20,000 bases of DNA from Dehalococcoidia bacterium (lineage in GTDB: Bacteria > Chloroflexota > Dehalococcoidia > DSTF01 > JACRBR01). This document shows, one piece after another, positions 15,109 to 20,000 of the stretch. Numbering within the stretch: the first letter of the stretch is position 1; the number at the start of each line of letters is the position of its first letter. A model generated the notes under the pieces. The model did no database searches and was not told the origin of the DNA. It was given only the letters and a program-made list of their open reading frames with translations. Position numbers and translations under genes: made by a program. The stretch lies in assembly GCA_041494685.1 (NCBI GenBank), contig JBGQBE010000004.1, forward strand, positions 118,059 to 138,058. Direction: 5' to 3'.

Positions 15109-16380
15109 CTACAGCCTGGTGATCTCGACCGATTCGATCTTGACGCCCTTCACCTCGGTCACCTTGATGCGGTAGCCGTCGAGCGTCACCGTTTCGTCGA
15201 CGCGCGGGATGTGGCCAAGGCGCTCCAGCACGAGGCCGGCGACGGTCTCGTAGCCGCCCTCGGGCAGCGCGATGTCCAGCTCCGCCCGCACGTCGTAGAG
15301 GCTCATGCCCCCATCGAGGCGCGTTGTGTGCTCGTCGATCGCGGAGAACTCTTCTTCGGGCTGCCCCAGCTCATCGACGACGCGCCCGACCATCTCCTCC
15401 AGCAGCAGCTCCAGCGTGACGACGCCCGCGACGCCGCCGTACTCGTCGACGACGATCGCCATCTGCTGGCGCTCGTCCTGCAGCTGCCAGAAGAGCGCGC
15501 TCACCAGCTTCGTCTCAGGGATGAACGTTGCGGGCCGGAGCAGCGAGGCGATCGGCGACTCGCCGGTGACGCCGTTCTCCGCGATGGCGCGCAGCACGTC
15601 CTTGATGCTGACGATGCCGACGACGTTGTCGATGGTGTCGTCGTACACAGGGAAGCGCGAGTGCGGCGCCTGGTGGAACGCGTCGTAGAACTCGCGCACG
15701 GTCTCGCTCTTCTCGAGCCAGACGACCTCGGTGCGCGGCACCATGATCTCGTTCACGCGGCGGTCGTGGAAGTGGAACACCCGGTCGAGCAGTTCCGCCT
15801 CGCCCTCGCCGACAGCGCCCTCTTCGGCGCCAATGTCGATGAGCATCCGCAACTCCGCCTCGGTGACGGTCTGGGCGGTGCCCGCCCGGCCGAACAGGTT
15901 CGGGATCACGGCCAACGCGGCGATGAGCGGACCCGTGATGCGCACGACGAACTCGACGGGCAGCGCCGCCACGAAGGCGATCCGCTCCGGCGAGCGCGCC
16001 GCCAGTACCTTCGGCGTGTACTCGCCCAACTCCGCAGCGACAAGCGGGATGGCGACCAGGCTGAAGAGGAATCCCCAGCGCCCGAAGACATCGACCGAGA
16101 CGACGGTGCCGGCCGTGGAGGCGAGGAAGATCGAGACGTTTTGCAGGACGACGACGACGCCGAAGTAGCGCTCCTGCTCGGCCTTCAGCCGCTCCAACGC
16201 GCGGGCCGAGCGCTTCCCCGCCTCGGCCGCGGTGCGCACCTTGATGCGGCTGGAGGCGACGACGGCGATCTCGACCGCGTTGACGAGGGCGTAGCCGATC
16301 ATGCCCACGACGAACAGGACGATCGCCAGTGGAACGGGGATGTTGAGAGAAGCGCCGCTTTCGAGGAGCGTGGGCGTCAT
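15109..16380 (-). CDS. CNNM/CorB/TlyC family protein (DUF21 TM domain, CBS pair, CorC_HlyC); start uncertain (16380-16446)
   Basis: NAVEIAVV, LGEYTPK, EIMVPRTEV, HSRFPVY, VVDEYGGVAGVVTLELLLEEMVG, YETVAGLVLERLGHIP. Confidence 0.92.
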   Translation of the reverse strand: MTPTLLESGASLNIPVPLAIVLFVVGMIGYALVNAVEIAVVASSRIKVRTAAEAGKRSARALERLKAEQERYFGVVVVLQNVSIFLASTAGTVVSVDVFGRWGFLFSLVAIPLVAAELGEYTPKVLAARSPERIAFVAALPVEFVVRITGPLIAALAVIPNLFGRAGTAQTVTEAELRMLIDIGAEEGAVGEGEAELLDRVFHFHDRRVNEIMVPRTEVVWLEKSETVREFYDAFHQAPHSRFPVYDDTIDNVVGIVSIKDVLRAIAENGVTGESPIASLLRPATFIPETKLVSALFWQLQDERQQMAIVVDEYGGVAGVVTLELLLEEMVGRVVDELGQPEEEFSAIDEHTTRLDGGMSLYDVRAELDIALPEGGYETVAGLVLERLGHIPRVDETVTLDGYRIKVTEVKGVKIESVEITRL

Positions 16381-16494
16381 GCCCGGCAGGGGGAGATGCA
16401 ACATGCAGTATGCGCGGACTCGCGGCCGCGTGGCCGGGGCGCACACCGCCCCGCTGGAAGCATCATATCGTACATGCGAAGGGGCGTGCGGGCG

Positions 16495-17118
16495 TCAGGC
16501 GGTCTCCTCGAACGACGGCGAGGCCGGCGCCGCTCCGGCGGCAGCCTCCGGCTCGGCCGCGGCGACGTCCAGGAAGCCTTCCTCGAGCAGGCTCATCGAA
16601 CGCTCGCACCAGTCGATGTAGGCGCGGCGGTAGGCGATCGCGAGCTCCAGCGTGAGCGTCCAGTAGAGGCTGTTCTTCGTGGCGAGCGGGTGCTTTGTGC
16701 TCTCGCGGATACGGTCGCGCAGCACCGTCTCGGAGAACGCCAGCACCTTCTGCTGCTCGTCCATCTGGCGGTGGAGGATGATGAGGACATCCTCCACGGG
16801 CGCCTGGACGCCGAAGAAGATCTTGATCAGGAACGGGTCGCGCAGGTCCGCCGGCGGCGCCGGGCTACGCACCCAGCGCAAGAACTCTTCCCTGCCCGTC
16901 TCGGTGATCTCGTAGACCTTGCGGTTCGGGCGGTTCTCCTGCAGCTCGACGCGCCTCGCGACGAAGCCGTTCTCCTCGAGCGTCTTGAGCGTGGGATAGA
17001 TCTGGCTGAGCTCAGCGTTCCAGAAGTGCTGGACCGACGAGTCGAAGAACTGCTTGACCTCGTACCCCGTCATCTCGTGGTAGCTGAGGATGCCCAGCAG
17101 GGCGTGCTTCAGTGACAA
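16495..17118 (-). CDS. PadR family transcriptional regulator with an AphA-like C-terminal domain
   Basis: SLKHALLGIL, TGYEVKQFF, FWNAELSQIYPTL, RPNRKVYEITETG, RDPFLIKIFF. TTG start with GAGGTG RBS. Confidence 0.94.
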   Translation of the reverse strand: MSLKHALLGILSYHEMTGYEVKQFFDSSVQHFWNAELSQIYPTLKTLEENGFVARRVELQENRPNRKVYEITETGREEFLRWVRSPAPPADLRDPFLIKIFFGVQAPVEDVLIILHRQMDEQQKVLAFSETVLRDRIRESTKHPLATKNSLYWTLTLELAIAYRRAYIDWCERSMSLLEEGFLDVAAAEPEAAAGAAPASPSFEETA

Positions 17119-17154
17119 GCGCTCACCTCGAGGCCAGCGGCTAGCGGCTGCCGG

Positions 17155-17343
17155 CTAGCTCCACGAGCGGGACGACCCGGCCGAGACCAGCGCCTGCAGC
17201 TTCTGCTCGCGGCGCGCGGCGCGCCGCTGGAGCTTCGCCTCGCGAAGGCGGTCCTGCCACTTGTGAGCCTCGACGGCGTGTTCGCGCTCCCGCGCGACGG
17301 CCTGCGAGAACTCCGGTGCTGCGAAAGAAACGTAGTCCAACAT
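17155..17343 (-). CDS. Small charged helical protein (62 aa), function unknown
   Basis: ATG at 17343 with a strong AAAGGAGG RBS 6 nt upstream. Lies between the operator region and padR. Confidence 0.78.
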   Translation of the reverse strand: MLDYVSFAAPEFSQAVAREREHAVEAHKWQDRLREAKLQRRAARREQKLQALVSAGSSRSWS

Positions 17344-17394
17344 GGTTGGCCTCCTTTGCCGATGCACGATCCGGGCGGAGCACCCCGTCCCTGT

Positions 17395-17440
17395 TATGTA
17401 TCGACACTTATATATAACTCCTGATATAGCCTGATGGCAA
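17395..17440 (-). promoter_or_regulatory. AT-rich promoter with a palindromic operator (probable PadR autoregulatory site)
   Basis: Imperfect 32-bp palindrome TGTATC-GACAC-TTATATATAA-CTCCT-GATATA (17397-17428). Minus-strand TTGCCA -35 at 17435-17440. Confidence 0.65.
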
Positions 17441-17630
17441 GTTTTACTTTGTCTCCGGCTAATTATTCTTGGACATCGCTCATGGTTATGACGAGCTGGA
17501 ATCCGATGTTGACAGGCCCGCGATGGGTTCCTCCAGATTGTCCGTTATGTCGCCTATCGCGCTGGCCCCGAGGATCGCTGTCAAGATGCCGCCGGGCAGC
17601 GGCCTCGACGCGGCGCGCACGGACGCGGCC

Positions 17631-17658
17631 TTGACTTCGGGCCGTGCGGGAGTAGCAT
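17631..17658 (+). promoter_or_regulatory. Putative sigma70 promoter of the GNAT gene
   Basis: TTGACT-16 nt-TAGCAT. Confidence 0.5.
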
Positions 17659-17695
17659 CCAACGAGAGCGCTCGGCAGATCCCCGGAGGTGCGAG

Positions 17696-18316
17696 ATGAC
17701 GACGGCGACCCGGACGGTGCCCATGCGGCCCGAGCAGACGGCGGAGTGCGGCGCGGTGCTGGCGCGGGCCTTCGGCGACGACCCGCTGTTCAACTGGATG
17801 TTGCAGGACGAGGCGCGCCGCGCGGCGGCGCTGCGCTGGTTCATGCCGACGGCGGCGCGGTACGGCACGCGGCACGGCCACGTGTTCACGACTGACGCGA
17901 CTCCCGAGGGCACGGCGGTGTGGCTGCCGCCGGGCGACGTGAAGGTGACGATGACGCGGATGGTCCAGGGCGGGCTGTTGGGGGCGCCGTTCAAGTTCGG
18001 CGTGGGCGGGTTCCGGCGGTTCCTGAAGGCGATGGACACGTTCGAGCATCTGCACGAGCGCGACATGCCGATGCCGCACTGGTACCTGATGCTGCTGGGC
18101 GTGGACCCGCCGCGCCAGGGGCAGGGCGTCGGCGGGAGGCTGCTGCAACCGATCCTGGCGCGGGCGGACGCGGACGGGATGCCGTGCTACCTGGAGACGC
18201 AGAAGGCGATCAACGTGCCGTTCTACCAGCGGCAGGGCTTCGAGGTGGTCGTCGAGCTGGATATGCCGGACGGCGGGCCGCACTGCTGGACGATGAGGCG
18301 CGCACCGCGGGGGTAG
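17696..18316 (+). CDS. GNAT N-acetyltransferase (puromycin N-acetyltransferase-like subfamily)
   Basis: LARAFGDDP, AVWLPP, HWYLMLLGVDPPRQGQGVG, CYLET, NVPFYQRQGF. GGAGG RBS. Confidence 0.92.
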   Translation: MTTATRTVPMRPEQTAECGAVLARAFGDDPLFNWMLQDEARRAAALRWFMPTAARYGTRHGHVFTTDATPEGTAVWLPPGDVKVTMTRMVQGGLLGAPFKFGVGGFRRFLKAMDTFEHLHERDMPMPHWYLMLLGVDPPRQGQGVGGRLLQPILARADADGMPCYLETQKAINVPFYQRQGFEVVVELDMPDGGPHCWTMRRAPRG

Positions 18317-18382
18317 CGGCGGCCGCCGGCGGCGGATGCGATCCGTGCCAGTTGTCTGCTGATTCGGAACACCGGACGAGGC

Positions 18383-18408
18383 GGACAGGTCTAAAGACCT
18401 GTCCCTAC
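18383..18408 (-). repeat. GTAG-type REP element
   Basis: Minus strand GTAG-GGACAGGTC-TTTA-GACCTGTCC: a GTAG tetranucleotide directly followed by a perfect palindrome. Confidence 0.7.
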
Positions 18409-18440
18409 GGAGTGACGCAGCGGTGCGCCATTGATCGCGC

Positions 18441-18469
18441 TTGCCCCACGCTTCGGCGCTCGCCACAAT
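18441..18469 (+). promoter_or_regulatory. Putative sigma70 promoter of sucC
   Basis: TTGCCC-17 nt-CACAAT. Confidence 0.5.
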
Positions 18470-18515
18470 CCCGTGGCAGGCATCACCCCCAGCGCACGCA
18501 GCGACGGAGCAACCG

Positions 18516-19682
18516 ATGAAGATCCACGAGTTCCAGGCGAAGCAGATCATCGCGCAGTACGGGGTGGCGGTGCCGAAGGGGCGCGTCGCGAAGACGGCGG
18601 ACGAGGCGAAGGCGGTGGCGCTGGAGCTGGGCGGCAAGGTGGTGGTGAAAGCGCAGATCCACGCCGGGGGCCGCGGCAAGGGCGGTGGCGTCAAGCTGGC
18701 GAACTCGCCCGAGGAGGCGGCGCAGGTCTTCTCGCAGATCATGGGGATGCAGTTGGTGACGCACCAGACGGGGCCGCAGGGGCAGAAGGTGAAGACGGTG
18801 CTCGTCGAGGAGCAGATGGGCATCGCGCGGGAGCTGTACCTGGCGGTCCTGATCGACGGCTTCGCCGGGCGCGTGATCATGATGGCGAGCAGCGCCGGCG
18901 GCATGGAGATCGAGGAGGTCGCGGCGAAGACGCCGGAGGCGATCCACCGCGTGAGCATCGACCCGGTGACGGGGTTCCAGCCGCACCTGGCGCGGGAGCT
19001 GTGCTTCGCGCTGGGGCTGACGGGGGAGCTGATGAAGCCGGCGACGGCGCTGATGAACGGCCTCTACGAGGCGTTCATCGCGAAGGACGCGTCGCTGGCG
19101 GAGATCAACCCGCTGGTGGTGACGACGGACGGGCGGGTGCTGGCGCTGGACGCGAAGATGAACTTCGACGACAACGCGCTGTTCCGGCACAAGGAGATCG
19201 AGGAGTTGCGCGACAAGGACGAGGAGGACCCGAGCGAGGTCGAGGCGTCCGAGAAGGGGATCAGCAACTTCATCAAGCTGGACGGGAACATCGGCTGCCT
19301 GGTGAACGGCGCCGGGCTGGCGATGGCGACGATGGACAGCATCAAGTTCGCGGGAGGCGAGCCGGCGAACTTCCTGGACATCGCGACCGCGAACGACGTG
19401 AACAAGGTCGTCGATGCGCTGAAGATCATCGCGAGCGACCCGAACGTGAAGGCGATCCTGGTGAACATCTTCGGCGGCATGGCGCGCGTCGACGTGATCG
19501 CGCAGGGGATCATCGAGGCGCAGCGGCAGATGCCGACGGCGATCCCGGTGGTGGCGCGGCTGGCCGGCACGAACGTGGAGGAAGGCGAGCGCCTGATCCG
19601 CGAAAGCGGCCTGCCGGTGATCCGCGCGGAGGAGCTGGGCGACGCGGCGAAGAAGGCCGTGGCGGCGGCGCGGGCCGCGTAG
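18516..19682 (+). CDS. sucC: ADP-forming succinate--CoA ligase beta subunit (388 aa)
   Basis: MKIHEFQAK, VKAQIHAGGRGKGGGVK, EINPL, LDAKMNFDDNALFRH, GCLVNGAGLAMATMD, PANFLD, RLAGTN. GGAG RBS; start corrected to 18516. Confidence 0.95.
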   Translation: MKIHEFQAKQIIAQYGVAVPKGRVAKTADEAKAVALELGGKVVVKAQIHAGGRGKGGGVKLANSPEEAAQVFSQIMGMQLVTHQTGPQGQKVKTVLVEEQMGIARELYLAVLIDGFAGRVIMMASSAGGMEIEEVAAKTPEAIHRVSIDPVTGFQPHLARELCFALGLTGELMKPATALMNGLYEAFIAKDASLAEINPLVVTTDGRVLALDAKMNFDDNALFRHKEIEELRDKDEEDPSEVEASEKGISNFIKLDGNIGCLVNGAGLAMATMDSIKFAGGEPANFLDIATANDVNKVVDALKIIASDPNVKAILVNIFGGMARVDVIAQGIIEAQRQMPTAIPVVARLAGTNVEEGERLIRESGLPVIRAEELGDAAKKAVAAARAA

Positions 19683-19705
19683 CGGCGCGGGCGCACGGCA
19701 GACAA

Positions 19706-19744
19706 CAGACAGCAAAGGCTCCCGCGAGGGGGCTTTTCTGTTTG
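19706..19744 (+). terminator. Rho-independent terminator after sucC
   Basis: AAAGGCTCCC-GCGA-GGGGGCTTTT then CTGTTT. GNRA loop and U-tract. Confidence 0.85.
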
Positions 19745-19799
19745 CGGACGGGGCGGTTGGGGCTGTTGCCAGCAGGGGCCCGGACTGCGTCGCGGGGCG

Positions 19800-20000
19800 A
19801 CCTCACCCCTTCCCCTTCCCGGCGCGGGAAGGGCGATCGCGCTTGCTTGTGGCGATGGGGTGATCTTCCGTGCGCGGGCGGCGGACCTAACCCCTTCCCC
19901 TTCCCGGCGCGGGAAGGGCGACCGCGCGTGCTGTGGCGGTGCGGTGATCTTCCCTGCGCGGGCGGCGGACCTAACCCCTTCCCCTTCCCGGCGCGGGAAG
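19800..20000. repeat. Tandem repeat array, 84-85 bp period, each unit with a REP-like palindrome; continues past the window end
   Basis: Units start at 19800, 19885 and 19969 with ACCT(C/A)ACCCCTTCCCCTTCCC-GGCGC-GGGAAGGGCGA (third unit cut off). Linkers are near-identical. Confidence 0.92.

Noticed and set aside
15109..16380. Hemolysin or toxin interpretation
   Set aside because: The domain layout is that of CNNM/CorB Mg2+ homeostasis proteins; the hemolysin label is a legacy family name.
14491..17115. 874-aa plus-strand ORF
   Set aside because: Antisense shadow of three well-supported minus-strand genes. No motifs; long shadow ORFs are expected at high GC.
17696..18316. Puromycin resistance gene (pac)
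   Set aside because: Only subfamily-level motif resemblance; the substrate cannot be inferred and there is no biosynthetic or mobile context.
17696..19682. G-ending codon bias in the GNAT and sucC genes as a sign of horizontal transfer
   Set aside because: Judged by eye only. Replication-strand GC skew explains it more simply, sucC is a core gene, and no mobility genes flank it.
17486..19715. Minus-strand ORFs of 490 aa and 410 aa
   Set aside because: Antisense to the GNAT and sucC genes, with no recognisable domain.
19800..20000. CRISPR array (palindromic ~37-bp repeats with ~48-bp spacers)
   Set aside because: The two complete spacers are near-identical, there is no AT-rich leader, and no cas gene is in the window.

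Overview
High-GC bacterial chromosomal window with no tRNA, rRNA, transposase, integrase or cas genes. Gene content suggests a Chloroflexota (Dehalococcoidia-like) or similar monoderm host; this is inference only. Left to right: 3' end of a GT4 glycosyltransferase; a small membrane protein; a HEAT-repeat/NUDIX/RimJ-type GNAT operon; an 8-gene minus-strand glycosylation operon (2663-10914); a flavin reductase and an MFS transporter divergent from a stand-alone ChrB-domain gene; a CorC/TlyC, DUF2344, histidine phosphatase, hypothetical gene run; a small protein plus PadR regulator behind an AT-rich palindromic operator; a GNAT; and a sucC with altered motifs, followed by a terminator and an ~85-bp tandem array of palindromic units running off the window end. 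The glycosylation operon holds four tandem GT-C membrane glycosyltransferases, a hidden 74-aa two-TM protein, a LegB-like NDP-sugar dehydratase, a sugar-1-P nucleotidyltransferase and a DPM1/ArnC-like GT2. It is the best candidate for an undescribed system: a lipid-carrier-dependent extracytoplasmic glycosylation pathway. Several ORF-track starts were corrected using ribosome-binding sites (RBS) and stop/start overlaps.
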